DNA from: Lama guanicoe
Lineage: Eukaryota
Reading direction: 5' to 3'
Length of the DNA: 64,000 bases
Assembly (NCBI GenBank): GCA_013239625.1
Contig: MU054323.1
Location: 14,946,029-15,010,028, forward strand
Shown piece after piece: positions 12,801 through 26,318 of this stretch; positions within the stretch are counted from its first letter, which is position 1, and the number at the start of each line of letters is the position of its first letter. Position numbers and translations under genes: made by a program. The notes beneath the pieces are model-generated. The model made no database searches. It was not told where the DNA came from and saw only the letters and a list, made by a program, of their open reading frames with translations.

Positions 12801-14399
12801 AATAAAAGATACAGGTATTTGTCATCTATTAAAATTTTGACTAATATTTGTTTTAAAACAAGGAAATCTTAAAGATAATCTTGGGGAAGGGTCAGAAAGA
12901 AAATAAACTAGAAATAAAGATATAAGGAAACTTCAAACTTTGATTTTTCTTTTACTTAATCATTGTGTGTAATGCTATTAATCCATTCTAAATGGTATAT
13001 ATGTAATAGGTGATTTGACATGTATGAGAAACCTTTCTAAATAAACGGTGGCATGCTGGAAGTTCTAATCAGCAAGAAATCATGAACCAAAGACAATTTT
13101 GAAAATAGATGGGAAAAAGCAGGTAAAAATAAACAGCTAACCCACTCTAGAGAGGAACCAAAAGTATAGATTACCTAGTCCAAGGGGTGTGGTACTCTAG
13201 ATTTAATCTGAACCAGTCTTCTGGTCTAAGAGGGCAACACAAGAGAAGGTAAATTCGAGATACCCTCTCCAGACATTTGCTCATGCAAAGACACACCAAG
13301 TATATCTCATACTACCTCCACTCAAGCATCTTCCTTTGTAAGTTCTCACAAAACTGAGGGTAAAGAGGACATTTAGATTCCAAATCCAAGTCACAGGCAT
13401 GTGGCAGAGACTGAAGGTAGTATTTGGTCTTTTGGGGTAAAATAAAAGAGTAAATGCAGACGGAGGGATTTCCTCAGCCAACCAGAAGGCAATAAGCAAT
13501 ACAGTTTTCAACCAGGCAGGGGCAGCACTTAAGCTGTCTTATTAAGAATTCTACGCATGAGAGGAGAAAGTACCTTGGAAGATACAAGCCCTAATTTTAT
13601 CAACAACAGTCCCCTGGCAGAGGTTGTGAGTGATTTACTTCTAAATGAGATCAAATATTTCACAAGCACAGTTGGAAGAACCGAGTTGTTTACGCTGGCA
13701 GTTTTAAAAATACAAACAATGAAATGTTTGGCTGGAAAAAATTTTAAGAAACTTTATTTTGGACTGAAGCCAGTTTTGGTAGTTTGAAGCAAATAGAGCA
13801 CGTTTCATTACGGGGCTCAGGAAGCAACATAAAATGTTTTCCACCAAATTTGCCTCCAGGTAGTTGTAGTGAAATTCAGTCAGCAATTTCAGTATAATTT
13901 GAAAAGAAATAGCAGGCAGTCCCTTTAGCAATTAAAGACACATCTCAAAAGATAAAGTTGAGTTAACTCTATCCAACTTTAAAGGTAATCAATCCTGAAG
14001 GGTGCTGAGAGCAGAAAAAGTAAACTAGTGGAGGAAACACTCCACACTAGTCCTTATATAAAAGAGTTAAGGTTCAGTGAGGGAAATGTGTGGAAGGGAT
14101 GACAAAACTGTAACAACCAATCATCAAGCTTAAGTAAAAGCAGAATAAGTGACTGGAACCTAGAAGGGAGAACAGCTAAGGGAAATCAACAGGTCTTAAA
14201 ATACAGATGACAACACTAATGAGACTGATCATTGCTGGTCCAGAGATAAGCCAAGAGAATTTATCTATAAGAGGTTTGGACATAATCAGACCACCTCTAG
14301 GCATCATAACAGAGAGAATTTCATCCACTACCTACATAACATCTTGCCTCAAGATCCTTAAAGAGAGTATATTCCCCTGATGCCACAAATATTCGCTTC

Positions 14400-14710
14400 T
14401 TAGCAGTGTGTGGATAAAAGGCCAAGATTTGAAATCAGAGAAATGAGGTTTAAACCTAATTGTGTAAATTCCCTTCATCTCTCTAAGCTTCAGTGCAGGG
14501 GCGTTTTCAAAAGGAGACAAGATCTTCATAAGAATGTTCTCAGGACTAAACGAGGCAGAGTCAGAGACAGAAACCTATAGAATTTTTGAGGGTATGTTAT
14601 GTGCAAGTGAAAATACTAAACATTTTATGTATTTGTTATATTCAAGTAGTAAAACTGTACTGAGGTTAAGGTATGTTACCTGATTTCATATATGAAGAAA
14701 TTGAAACTAA
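14400..14710. mobile_element. two opposed MIR fragments (+ ~14400-14560, - ~14585-14710)
   Basis: agcagtgtgtggataaaaggccaagatttgaaatcagag; tttcatatatgaagaaattgaaact. Confidence 0.55.
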
Positions 14711-14763
14711 TTTCCCAATCTCCTTTCTCTTTCCAGATGACATCCAAAACCAACAAAGACAAA

Positions 14764-14800
14764 GACACAAACACACACACACAACACACACACACACACA
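14764..14800. repeat. interrupted (CA)n microsatellite
   Basis: direct reading. Confidence 0.9.
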
Positions 14801-15869
14801 AAATTTGCTCAAAGAGTCATCAACTGTATACATAATCCCTTTAAATTGTCAACAAAGGACCTCAAAACCACTAAGAATTCTGAGGAAAGGAAACTACTGT
14901 CCTAAGAATCTCTTCTCAATCTTGGGGCAATTCCCAAACTATCACTGCTTTTGATTTGCTTGTTTGCTCATTTATTTGTTTTTCCCTAGGAATTCGACCA
15001 CTTTTTCTCTTTCATCTGATACCCCAATTTTAGTAATCATTCACTTCAGTCTTGTGTATGAAATATAAATGACCTACTATTTCTTTGGTCCCTGTGGAAT
15101 TATTTGTTTCCTTTAAAAGATCTAGAAAGTCCAGGAAAATAGACAAGAAGACAACAAACTGCTAGACCCTCAATGTAGAGGCAGAACAGATCAAAACCCA
15201 AATCTATCAGCGATTACTGACCCCTATACGATAATGTAATTTTATTTTCAGAAATCTAGAGCTGTCAAATTTCCATACAGCTGTTAAAAAGGAATCTCCA
15301 GTTCTTTAAGACATTCATATTTCAGATTCCTCCTTGTGAGGACAATCATTGCAGCATCTGTGGAAGTGGAGAAAACAGAATTGGACATGCTGACAGTGTC
15401 CTGGAGGAAAACCAGCTGGCTGCCCTGACAGGCACTAAGCAAGTGACAGTAAATTGGGGGAATCAACATGGTTCATGACTTGGCTGTGACCCACCCAGCG
15501 TTATTCTCATCTCAGTTTATTTCTATCCTGTAGGCTCTGCCTGAAGGATATTCTCTAGCCAGTTATTAAAATGGAGCCACCACACACTGAAGGGAATCAT
15601 CCTCATTTATTTCTCTGAAGAGACCAGCACTGCCCAGTATCATCAGTTATTTGACCTCCAGGCCACTCTGACGTCCTTAGACAGAGCACGATGATTGAAC
15701 ACAGTGGTACAGATTCTACATCTACTCAGACACACAAGCTTTTGTTGCTTTCAGTTTCATTTTTTGAGGGGTTTTAGAATGTGGTCAATGAGCACAATTA
15801 GGGGGATTTCCCCTAGATCAACAACAAAAACCAAAGAAAACCAGAAACGCTTGGTGAGGCATATGGGCT

Positions 15870-16012
15870 AACACCATCAACATCACCTGTGAGATTTCTA
15901 AAACTACAAAATCCTAAGCCCAGCCCAGACCTACTGAATCAGAATCTGCATCTCAGGAATCAGATCTCAGGAGACGTTATATGCATCAAAGTTGAGAAGC
16001 TCTATGCTAGAG
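15870..16012. mobile_element. MER5-type hAT-Charlie element fragment
   Basis: catcacctgtgag...cccagacctactgaatcagaatctgcat...aagttgagaagc. Confidence 0.75.
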
Positions 16013-16616
16013 TGTCAGTCCTTAACTTAAGTCAGTTAAGAATCATGCTACCAAGTTCAAGTGAGTCACAGGGAAGAATGAGCTGGGATATGATTTCAAG
16101 AGTCTCTAGTACCCTGGGACCCAATTAGAAGTGGGCGGGTAGTTGGAAAAAAGAAAGAATCCTCTCGATCTGATTCAGCTGAGGTACCATGGCTTTTTGG
16201 TCACTACTGCAGCCTTGGGTGGGAGGCCCCTCCTTGGTACCCTCAGCTGGAAGGCACCACCATGACCAACCCTAGATGTCTTTTTAAATACCTGCTTCTG
16301 CCTATAGACATGGAGTGACAAGCTACTCCTACTGTCACAGAATGTCTATACTCCTCTTCCACAGAATAAGCACTGTTCCTGATGATCGGCTCCAGGACAA
16401 GTCTCTTTATTCAGAATCTCTTTATGGAAGATTTGCATCCTACCAGTATTTGGTGTGGAGGTGACTAGGGTGACAGGAGCTGTGGAGGAATAATCCGGAG
16501 CAGATGTCTTTGATTTACAGTTGCTGTAACTGATTAATCAGAGTTGAAGCTGAGAATCAAACAATGGCCAAGGAATTTAGGATAAGAAATTCATTGAAAA
16601 TGCTAGTGGGGATTCT

Positions 16617-17176
16617 GTGATAGACGCCCTATATTCACTGAATCAATCAGTTAAAACTTCTCCTTTTAATGTTGTTTGTCACAGGGAACTGACCCCTGCA
16701 AGCTACATCTGCTAGGATTCTTTATCCACTGACTTTTAGTTAAATTTGACCAATGGGAGGCTCTGAGAGGGGATTAGATAGGACAAATGAGAAAAGACGC
16801 TATAGACTTTCTCTCATAGCTCTACTCTGAGAATTGTCTCTGGCACTGACTGTATCTCTTTGTGGCTCAAGCTCATTTAAGAAGCCCTTTGCAACATGTT
16901 TCTACCTCATTCAAGGGACTCCTCCCACCTTGATTCCTAGGGGCTTAGCAAGGCCTCTACCCCTGGGATTCCAACTCTTCCCAGGTAGCCCTGCCCCTTG
17001 ATACTGGTAAAACCGCATCTTCCCTTTGTCCCTCCACCACCGGTGCTAGGAGTACCATCATATTATTGCCTTTTCAGTTCTTCCCAAGCCTTTTAAATGT
17101 GTCCCTCATATTAAATTCCTTCTACTAAACAATTTAGAAGGGGTTCTGTTTGACTGGTTTCACCCTGACTGATACA
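16617..17176 (+). mobile_element. ERVL-class solo LTR (LTR33/LTR41-like)
   Basis: tg start; tttgaccaatgggagg; attaaattccttc; ends ccctgactgataca. Confidence 0.7.
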
Positions 17177-17279
17177 CTGACCTTATATTCTGTAAGCTTA
17201 AGCATCAAGGGCCTCTTTTTGGGAAATTAGATCCAGCAGGAAATATCATTGAAATTAACCTTCAGGCTTAGACTGAGGA

Positions 17280-17430
17280 ACACAGAATTTTATTGCCGGA
17301 AAGAACTTTAGGAATCATCTAAGTTTGTCATTTTCAAATGAAGAGCGGTTCCCTAGTAAGTCTCACACAGTTCTTAAACGGCAATGCCAAGACTAGCTCT
17401 GTCCAGGTCCAGTGTATTTCCACTGTTCCG
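17280..17430 (-). mobile_element. MIR fragment
   Basis: gaaagaactttaggaatcatcta...cattttcaaatgaagag. Confidence 0.55.
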
Positions 17431-18089
17431 TATTTGTTCTGTGGTATGTTCGCCAGGTTGATTCCAAACTCTGCGTACAGATAGATATTTCAGTGCTACC
17501 AGCCAAAGTTACCTTAGAGAAATTAACGGCCAATTTTATGCTTCTATTCTCTACACATATGTAAATTTTTACCAAATTTGTGGAAGCCTACTAAATATAG
17601 TGGAAATTAGCCATAGAAATCTATATTAATAATATGGGAGATATTTTCATATAAAGGAAGATAGAAGAGACTTACAGAAAAGGTAAGTCATAAAATGACG
17701 TAAGAGAAAAAAGGCATCAGGATCCTAGATAGCCTAAAGATAATTTTCTAGAGGTGGAGGTGGGGAAGGAATGATTTTAGAATTGAGTAAACATGACAGG
17801 CAAGAATTTAGCAAAACGGTAATTTCACAAAGTAATAAGAAATTTTCAAAAAATAATGCAAAAAAATATATTTTGAGAGTAAGACTTGCTGAATAAAGTT
17901 AAAGAAAATAAATTCTTGTATTGGGCACGATGCTCTACAAGTTGCATAAAATCACCAAACTGAAGGGCTCAATTTAGGGAAGTGATCATTAGACAATATA
18001 AGGGGAAAAAACCAGGATAAAATCCTTTGAGTAGACTTCTGACATCTACAGCAGTTCCAGACAGGTGATACAATGTTAAGATGTATAAT

Positions 18090-18480
18090 ACTCTGTGTTA
18101 GAGCACAGAATCTGAACTCAAACTACTTGTGCTAAACTATAAGTCCTGCTATTCACTTGTACATATTTGCTAGGGTAGCCCAGGCTGTAGCAAAAAAAAA
18201 AAAAAATTGATGCCCAAAATATATTATGGTTCAAACACAGGAGAAGCTTATTCTCACTTAGAGAACGTCCAAGTTCAGTTTTTGAGACTGGATTTTGGTA
18301 AGCAGCTAATACTGTGTGGCCTAGGATTAGTTACTTAACTTTTCTGAGCTTCTGAGATTTCTCCCCTGTATAGTATTGGAATAATAATAGTGTTCCTGGA
18401 GGGCTAAGTAGGTCAATGCATGTAAAGTACTTAGAGAATAGTAAGTACTCAGTAAGAATCAGTTTTTTTATTATTATTAG
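18090..18480 (+). mobile_element. MIR split by a short reverse MLT1-like fragment (~18160-18280)
   Basis: ttagagcacagaatctgaactcaaactact... and ttacttaacttttctgagcttc...catgtaaagtacttagagaatag. Confidence 0.6.
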
Positions 18481-18585
18481 TCCATATTGTATATTTTTTA
18501 AGTTCTGCCTGATACTGATGGCTCTATCTACCATAGTAGTTAGGGATGCAGAAATGTCTATTGCATAAACTTTATTTCCCAAGGA

Positions 18586-18772
18586 TAGTGTTCTTAAATG
18601 TTGGCGGTGCATCAGAATCACCTGGAGAGTTTACTAAAACCCATATCATTGGGTTCCACCCAGAAAGCTTCTGATTCAGTGACTCAGAGAGAAACTGAGT
18701 ATTTGTTGTTCTAACAAGTTCCCAGGCGATGCTGTGCTGCTGGTCTAGAGCGCACACTTAGAAAACCACCAC
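18586..18772. mobile_element. MER5A hAT-Charlie MITE, near full length
   Basis: gtgttcttaaatgttggcggtgcatcagaatcacctggagag...ttctaacaagttcccaggcgatgctg...cacacttagaaaaccac. Confidence 0.85.
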
Positions 18773-18844
18773 CCTAGGACAACAGGCTGAAAAAGTCTGA
18801 CCTTACAAAGGCTGGGAAAGATCCAAATGGTCACATTGCCAAGA

Positions 18845-18876
18845 AGGAGGAGGAGGAGGAGGAGAAAAGAAGAAAG
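18845..18876. repeat. (GAG)n / purine-rich simple repeat
   Basis: direct reading. Confidence 0.8.
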
Positions 18877-19814
18877 CTAATCAACACTCCCACCCTCTTG
18901 TACCCAACTTTGATCACACTTCATCAGGTCTGTCCCTGTATTATTCCGGGTATCTCGTCCTAGACCAGCTTTCCATTTGCAAAGAAGTCCATGGCATCAG
19001 CAAACATCTTCCTATCTCCCTTTATTCCCCTTTGGGACCTTGAGGTTCTTTTCCAGAGAAAAGAAATCTGCCTTTTGGAAACTTAGTTACATATTAAACA
19101 ATGTTTGTTTATTCCCTATGGTCGGCAAATCACAATAGAGACTTTTTTCAAAATTTATGAGTATATTACCCATATTGTAAAAGGGTCATTTTAATATGGT
19201 ATCTCATATCGTTTAGTGTATGTTTGGCATCCCCCCCAACACTTATTTCATCTGTGCTCACGGAATGCAAACTAAACTTTGAATATGTGTTACAAAAATC
19301 AGCTATACTAAGAATAATGAAGTGGACTTCAAAGGAGAGACTTTGTACTATCTACCCCCACTGCTTAAAAGACAAACTTTAAATTACTTAACTACAGGTG
19401 GCAAAACAGCAGACAATCTGAATTTAGTCAGCAGATGTGGTTTTTGCCACTAAGTTACTTGAAAGGTTTAGAATTTGAAGACGATTAACAGAGCATGCCT
19501 GTTCCGGTCAGAATCTTCTCACCACCCCTTTTGTATTACAATATTGTGACTGCCTGTTGTTTCTAGCCTGTCCCTTGAATATATCTGAGTCTGTATCTAA
19601 TAGTTTGACAACTCTTATAACCTACGTTTATCATTCCTGACCACCCTCCTCATCCCCAACTTCCTATGTGACTTCCTTTGGTTCACCTAAATTCACCTAC
19701 TGGCAAATATAAAATGTGCTTTAGTAATATCAATTTTGCTCTTTCAATGTGGCTCAGCTGGCCCAAACCTCCCCTATGTTCATCACAAAATGCGAATAAT
19801 GATAAAATTCTCCA

Positions 19815-20880
19815 GATCTTCCAGACAAGATGGTGGTCTAAGTAGATGTAGACATCTCTTCACCTTGCTACAAATACGTAGTACGATTGGATGAAATAAC
19901 CTTTAGAAATCTGAAAAAGGTAGCTGACCATAAAAGGAGAAAGGGAAAATTTTCCTTAGGAAAATTCATAAATGAGGGAAATCATAAAAAATGCTAAGCA
20001 AGAGTGAAATTCTTCACCACCCAAAGGGATATCACGATCAGATACTAGAGGCTAGAATTCTAATGTGTGGGCAGAGACAGGACTTATAGCCATGAGGCCC
20101 TATGCTGAAGCAGGGATTTTTACCTAAATCTATGAATGAGAAAGAATTTCATAGTCTGTAAGGTGGGACCAGAAAAAAACTGCATCCAGAGGCCCAGGGT
20201 TGTGTTTGAGATGAGCAAGTCAATCTGGGTTCTGAATAAAACTGGAGTCCTTACTCTGTGCCCAACATGGGCAAGGTGACCAAGGTGACCAAGACTATCA
20301 AAATGATGGAAGATATCCTGAACCAAAAACTAACTGAAGAATTGGTCTATGATCAGTGAGTCTGATAGGACATCCTAAATCATCCCATCAAGGTGCCTAC
20401 CTGATTCAAGGCATATGCGGGATTCCCATGGAAGACTAACCCACTAAGGACGAACCCAGCAAAATGTCCAAGGATGTAAGGAACCACCATCATATACAAT
20501 AGGAAGAAAATACAACAAAATCAAGGAATCCGTATCTGACAAGTTGAAGGAAACAGAGCATGTTCAAAGGACCTTAAAATAGATTTTAAATAATCAAAAA
20601 AGTAAAAAAGGAAAGAATGCATGAAACAAGTATGTAACATTATGGGAAAGAAGAACAAACCAATTTGAAGAAGAATTAATATAGATAGTTAAATATAAAT
20701 AACATTTACTCTCCAAAAATTTATAACATCCAATAGATGCATAAATGGAGACTAAACATAAATGAAAGGAAAATTTATAAATTTGTAAATACCTGGGGAA
20801 ATCATCCAGAATGTAGCCCAATAAATTAGGGGATGAAAAATATGCAAGGAAAGACAAATAACACAGATAATAAAAAACAA
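19815..20880 (+). mobile_element. ancient L1/HAL1 5' end and ORF1-like region
   Basis: cttccagacaagatggtgg start typical of old L1/HAL1; A-rich ORF1-like text at 20450-20880. Confidence 0.55.
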
Positions 20881-21099
20881 CGAAGCAAATGGTAACTTTG
20901 GTTAAATCTGTAGAAGTGTGTCAGCTTCATGCATATGTGCCATATTTCCCAGCCAGATAATCAGCAAATGTTTGATGACTATTGTCCCTTGTGGGGTTAA
21001 GAAGAAAAGCAAGTCTCTGATTTCAAAAGCATTAAACTAGCCAGCAGAACAATCATGGTAGTAGCAGTGATTATATTAAAATAGCAATTAATGAAATTT

Positions 21100-21893
21100 T
21101 AGTTATGCAAGGTAAGCCCTAAAGGTCTACTGTACATCATGGTACCTACAGGTGACAATACTGCATTGTATCTTACTAGGTTCTCCAGAGAAATAATGTG
21201 TGTGTGTGGGGGGGGGAGAGAAAGATGAGAAATGTCATTGTCATCATGGAGAGAGAAGTCCCACGATCTAACAGCTGAAGCTGGACAAACAGGGAAGCCA
21301 GTGGTATAATTCAGTCTGAGTCTGAAGGCTTGAGAACCAGGGGAGCCAACAGTTTAAGTCCAATCTGAGTATGAAGGCCTGAGAAAAAGGAATGCCAACA
21401 TCCAAGGCCAGGAGAAGATGTATGTTCCAACTTAAGCAAAAAGAGCAAATTCATCCCTCCTCCATCTTTTTGTCCTCCTTAGGTCTTAAATGAATTAGAC
21501 AATGTCCACTTGCACTGGCAATCTTCTTTACTCATTCTACAGGTTCAAATGATAATCTCTTCCATAAAAATCCTGATAGACACACCCAGGAATATTTTAA
21601 TCTATCTGGGTATTGGCCAGTCAAGTTGACACATCATATATCCTTAAACATCATATATCCTTAAAATTTTTCTAAGAGGCTAGGTTTTATGTTAAGTGTT
21701 CTTATCACAAAATAATAATAAAGAGGGTAGTAGGAAATTTTTGGAGAAGATGGATGTATTTATGGCATAGATTGTGGTGATGGTTTCATAGCTGTATATT
21801 TATCTCCAAACTCATCAAATATGTGATTAAATATACATTAAATATGTGAAGCATTTTGTATCTCAATCGTTCTTTAATAAAATGATTTTTTAA
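21100..21893 (+). mobile_element. L1MA/MB-type 3'UTR interrupted by an MLT2 LTR
   Basis: ggtgacaatactgcattgta|...aaaatttttctaagagg...ttaagtgttcttatcac...gattgtggtgatggtttca...aataaaa. Confidence 0.8.
21167..21637 (-). mobile_element. MLT2 (ERVL) solo LTR, nested
   Basis: ggttctccagagaaa...(TG)n...gagaagtcccacgatct...ccagtcaagttgacaca. Confidence 0.85.
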
Positions 21894-22314
21894 ATGCAAT
21901 ATAGTTACCTCCAGAACGATCTAGCAGCTGACAATGCTTGAAAAGGTATTGTTTTAGTTCTGTAAGGTTAAGTTTTGCAAAATAACTATGTGTATTTTTA
22001 ACAATAAAATTGAAAAACTGTAAAAATAAATAACATTTGAATATTTTAAAAATTGTTACTTATGGGCTGAAGTTAAGGAAGCTGTTGAAAAAAACAGGAG
22101 GCTGTAAAGAATTTTGGATTTTAAAAAGGTATTCTAAATTCTATATCATGGTGTCTGTGTTTAAGTTTTTTAACCTATCCCACTGCAATTTTCTTCTATC
22201 TCTCTAGCCTAGCAAATTTTGGTGCCCCATGCTTGCTTTCATTTTATGCCAATTTTTTTTTGTACTGAGAATGGCCTCTTACAGCCAAACCATAAAATTC
22301 TTCTTTTTCTAAGC

Positions 22315-22470
22315 CAACAATTCTTGATTGTGTTCATCTGCATTAGAACAACCAGAGATAATTATAAAAATGTTCTCCCCAAATATACAGAATTAGAGTC
22401 TGGAGTAGGTCCCAGAAATTCACAACTTACCTGAGTGGTCCACAGGCACATTATGTTTAGTGAACCACTC
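22315..22470. mobile_element. MER5-like hAT fragment
   Basis: ctgcattagaacaaccagag...gaattagagtctggagtaggtcccag...gaaccact. Confidence 0.5.
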
Positions 22471-23735
22471 TCCTCAATAGTCCTCAATATTTTCCACTTA
22501 AAAGAAGTCTTCCCAGCTCTACTCATTCTAAATTATCCCAGCCACCTGGAGACTGTAAATTCTCAGATGGGTGGAACAGTCCTCATCCCTCCGTATCGCC
22601 CAAGGATACCTATCAGCATGATTTATAAGCACTGACACTCAAGAACAGAGTCACTACCAACTTACGCAGCTTCCCCAGAATATGAACCATTCACCCAATT
22701 TCCAAAGACTGTGCAAGAGCTAACTTTAGACTTTCCTTCCCAGAACTCATTGATCCTATTAAAATTACCCTTTCTTCTGTGAGCTTCAAGAGAAATAGCC
22801 AAGGAAGACCCTGTGTGAGCATCTGGCAAGGAGAGTGTTGTTACTCTTACTAATCTCTCTCTAAATACTTAGGCTTGGAATATTATTTATAATGAAGAAA
22901 AACTAAGAATGCAATTGGTAACCTGCATGATAATGGATTTTTTTAAATATTAAATTTGTTAGAGCCTATTTGTACTTCAGGACCCTTATCGCCACTTGAT
23001 TAAACTTCCTTCATTTGCTTGTCCACACTGGGAAACGTTTCGTCACGCTCATAAGCCAGAACGAAACTGTCTGTGGTTTTTTACCAACCAGGAGGATGAA
23101 TGTACAGAACCGCAGCAGAGCCAAAAGCCCTGCCGTGTATAATGAAGCTGTGAAATTACAATTCTTCCCTCTTGATACCCCACCTGCCTCTGCATCACCA
23201 TCACCAAGAGCTGTTCATTCCCTCCTCCCTGACTCTCCCCTCCCCTTGCTGGTATCTGTCCCCTGCTCATTCCAACCTTCTGCTTTTCTCTATGAATTTC
23301 ATGAGACATGGATATCTATGAAGCTGTAATAACAGCAGTTACAGGTAAGCTCCAGAGGGAAACCCCTAACCATAGCATTTTCACTTGACAACCCTCATAG
23401 TCCCCTTTTTATCCACAATGTGCATGTGATAACTATACAGACAGAATAAATCAGTACTCAGTTTAACAAAGTTATGTCCAAGGCACTGAGATGATACCAG
23501 GCACAGGGCAGGGTGGTGGGGTCGAGGGCAGGTTGTGAGAGAGATTGAGTTCAGCTTAGGATCATCAAGTCTTTCTCTTTCTTCGTCTTTAAAATAGGGT
23601 CATTTGCAGTGTAACACAAATGTGGGGCTTGTGTAAAGCACTACTATGTACCATGCATAAAAGAGCCAGCTACTGCCCACAAGGAACTTGTAATTTAGTA
23701 GCTTCCATAGTGCTGAGGTAGCATGGAATAGAGAG

Positions 23736-24092
23736 CGTATCATAGTCTACTTGGGCTGCCATCACATGGTACCACAGACTGGGTCACTGACACCACAGAA
23801 ATGTATCTTCTCACAGTTCTGGAGGTTGGAGGTCCAAGCTGAGGGTGCCAGTATAGCGGGTTTCTGGTGACAGCTCTCTTTCTAACTTGCAGATGCCTTT
23901 CTCACTGCATTCTCACATGCAGAGAGAGAGCAAGCAAATTCTCTCATGTCTCTCCTTATAAAGGCCCCACCTTCTAAGACCTATTCCAAACTTAGGTATC
24001 TCCCAAAGACTCCATCCTCCAAAACCATCACACTGTGAGTGAGGACTTCAACATATGAATTTTGGGGGGACACATTCAGCCAGCCCTTAACA
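23736..24092 (-). mobile_element. MaLR MLT1A-like solo LTR
   Basis: ttgggctgccatcaca...tctcacagttctggaggttggaggtccaag...ttcaacatatgaattttggggggacaca. Confidence 0.9.
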
Positions 24093-24519
24093 GAGCACCA
24101 CCATGGCCCATCTCCCATTTGACCCTGACCCTTGAGACCAGTGCTAGATATTTTTAAACTAAAATTAGAACTAAAACTTCTCAGGGCAGCAAATTGGAGA
24201 AATCTGAAAATCATCCTTAAATCATATTCCCTTTTGTAGTACTGAGTAACTCTCCTGGACTGAGAAGTATGCACTATTATTGTCTCTAACAGAAGGAGGC
24301 TGGTGAGATATTTCTTCACTATGGATTCAGGGTGAACAGTAAGAGGAGGCCATGTATCCTACTATTGTAAAATGACTTCAGTTGACACTGGAGAAAAATT
24401 CTGTAAAAATTAAATTAGTTCTTTTTATCCTCAATTCATGCAATTCAATTGTAGTGTTGGTGACACTAGGGCTGAAACCAGAGTGCTTTCACATATAGCC
24501 ATAAAATTCTCATGTAAAG

Positions 24520-24972
24520 TGTTATGGATTGAACTTTGTCCCCCCAAAAATGTATGTTGAAGTTCTAACCCCTTTTACCTAAGAATGTAATCTTTCTGGG
24601 AAATAGGTTCTTTGCAGATGCAACCAGTTAAGATGAGATCCTCCTGGAGTAAAATGGACCTCTAATTCAATATGACTGGTGTCCTTATAGAAGATGGCCA
24701 TGTGAAGACAGAGACATACAGGGAGAACACCATGTGAAGACAGAGAATTGGAGGGGTCCATCTACAAGGCAAGAAATCCCAAAGATTGCCAGCAGATGAC
24801 CAGAGGGTAGGAAAAGGCAAGGGAAAATACCCTCCAGGTTTCAGAGGGAGCATGGCCTTGCCATCATCTTGGTTTTGGAATCATAGCCTAGAGAACTGTG
24901 AGCCAACAAATTTCTGTTCTGAGCTACCCACTTTGTGGTACTTAGTTAAGGCAACCCTAGGAAACAGATGCG
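24520..24972 (+). mobile_element. MaLR MLT1B/C-like solo LTR
   Basis: tgttatggattgaactttgtcccccc...ggcaaccctaggaaac; TSD taaag/taagg. Confidence 0.9.
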
Positions 24973-26318
24973 TAAGGAAACATGTCTGTGGACTGAATGC
25001 TAGCAAAAGGTTCCCTGCCTTACGTTGGGTAATAAATCTATTGCAAGGCAGTCAAAATAACTCCTTTTCTTCTTTTAGGATGTTGTGGGTAAAGAGCAAT
25101 ACTAAAGACAAAGAAATAAGGATCAGGATTCTTCCAGCGGGCTCTGAGGTCTTATCTTCTAGGAAGGAAAGCTTTCAGGAAGTCAGTAGGACAATCTCAG
25201 TTGAGTAGAGCTGCTGCTGGCACAGGTCCTTCCAACTCTGAGATTCTGATTCTCAGAAATGGGCAGTTCCATGGGACACCGCTCATATTTGTCTCTAGTC
25301 TGGCAGAATGTCCTGATCACGCAGCACTCCTTTAGGCAGTGTTTGTGGCAACTAATAATTGGTGGAAGGGATATGAGGTCACCTCTGATTTAGCTACACA
25401 GAACACCAGGGTTTACCTCCCAGCAGCTGTCCTCTGAATGCCCCCCTCAGCCTGGAGACACCTAGTGTCCTTTCTCCTACCACTGCGTACTGCCTCCTGC
25501 CAAGACAATGACCTGGGAAATCAGTTAAATAAATCCCTCTCCTCAGCTCTGGCTCACGTTCTTACTACCCTACTTGCTCATCTCCTGACTTTTCCATCCC
25601 CACTAAATCTCCAGACCCCTTCTTTGAGACTTCAGACTAGCTTCGGGCTTGCCTTCTCCCTTTCCTTGCTTGGCAGCTTTATTCCAGTTTCCTGACCCCT
25701 GCCGCTTTCTGCTGTGGGTACCAGACAACCTGCTGGAGCTGCTTGTTCAGCTTGCCTCTCCCGCGGCTGACTCCTACCTTCCCCAGTCCTACCAGTCTAA
25801 TCTCCTGCCCACTGCTCAGATGGTTCCTGGCACTCACTTCCTGGTTCCTTATGTTGTATCCTCCAGATCCTCTTTCTCACTCCCTTATGCCTACATTAAA
25901 AAAGCATCCACACTCTTTAAGAAACGTCCTCATACAGTGGCAGTGTTTAGCTCTTTAGAAGCCGAATTGCTGACTTCTGGCTGGGATGTGCAGGGGTGTA
26001 GTCTATTAGAAGCACTCACCTGCTACAGCTCTCTGCTAGTATAGCTGAGCACAAGGACAAACAGATCAGAACACTTCCTTTGTTTATGAGATGGAAAAAA
26101 GATGTCATGCCTTTATAACTGAACCCTACATATCCTGGACCAGCTCCAGACAGGTGAATGTCTTCCAAATGGTAAAAACATTTAGAAGGGAGCTAAAGAT
26201 CTGCTAAACTATCTCCCTTACTTACTCATTTCTCTACCTCTACCTATTATACTGCTATGACAACTTCCTAGAGAGACTTTAATAGGTGGCTTCAGAAAAT
26301 GAAAACTCATACACTGAT

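Noticed and set aside
15326..15478. Possible + strand exon after catatttcag (50 open codons, IPPCEDNH...)
   Set aside because: Weak acceptor, no convincing donor or poly(A) signal, peptide unrecognised
24786..25208. Longest ORF (140 aa)
   Set aside because: Starts at a non-ATG codon within an MLT1 LTR and runs into flanking DNA; chance read-through
25400..26050. Pyrimidine-rich stretch with three overlapping ORFs
   Set aside because: Low stop density is explained by composition; possibly an ancient LTR, but I cannot support a family call
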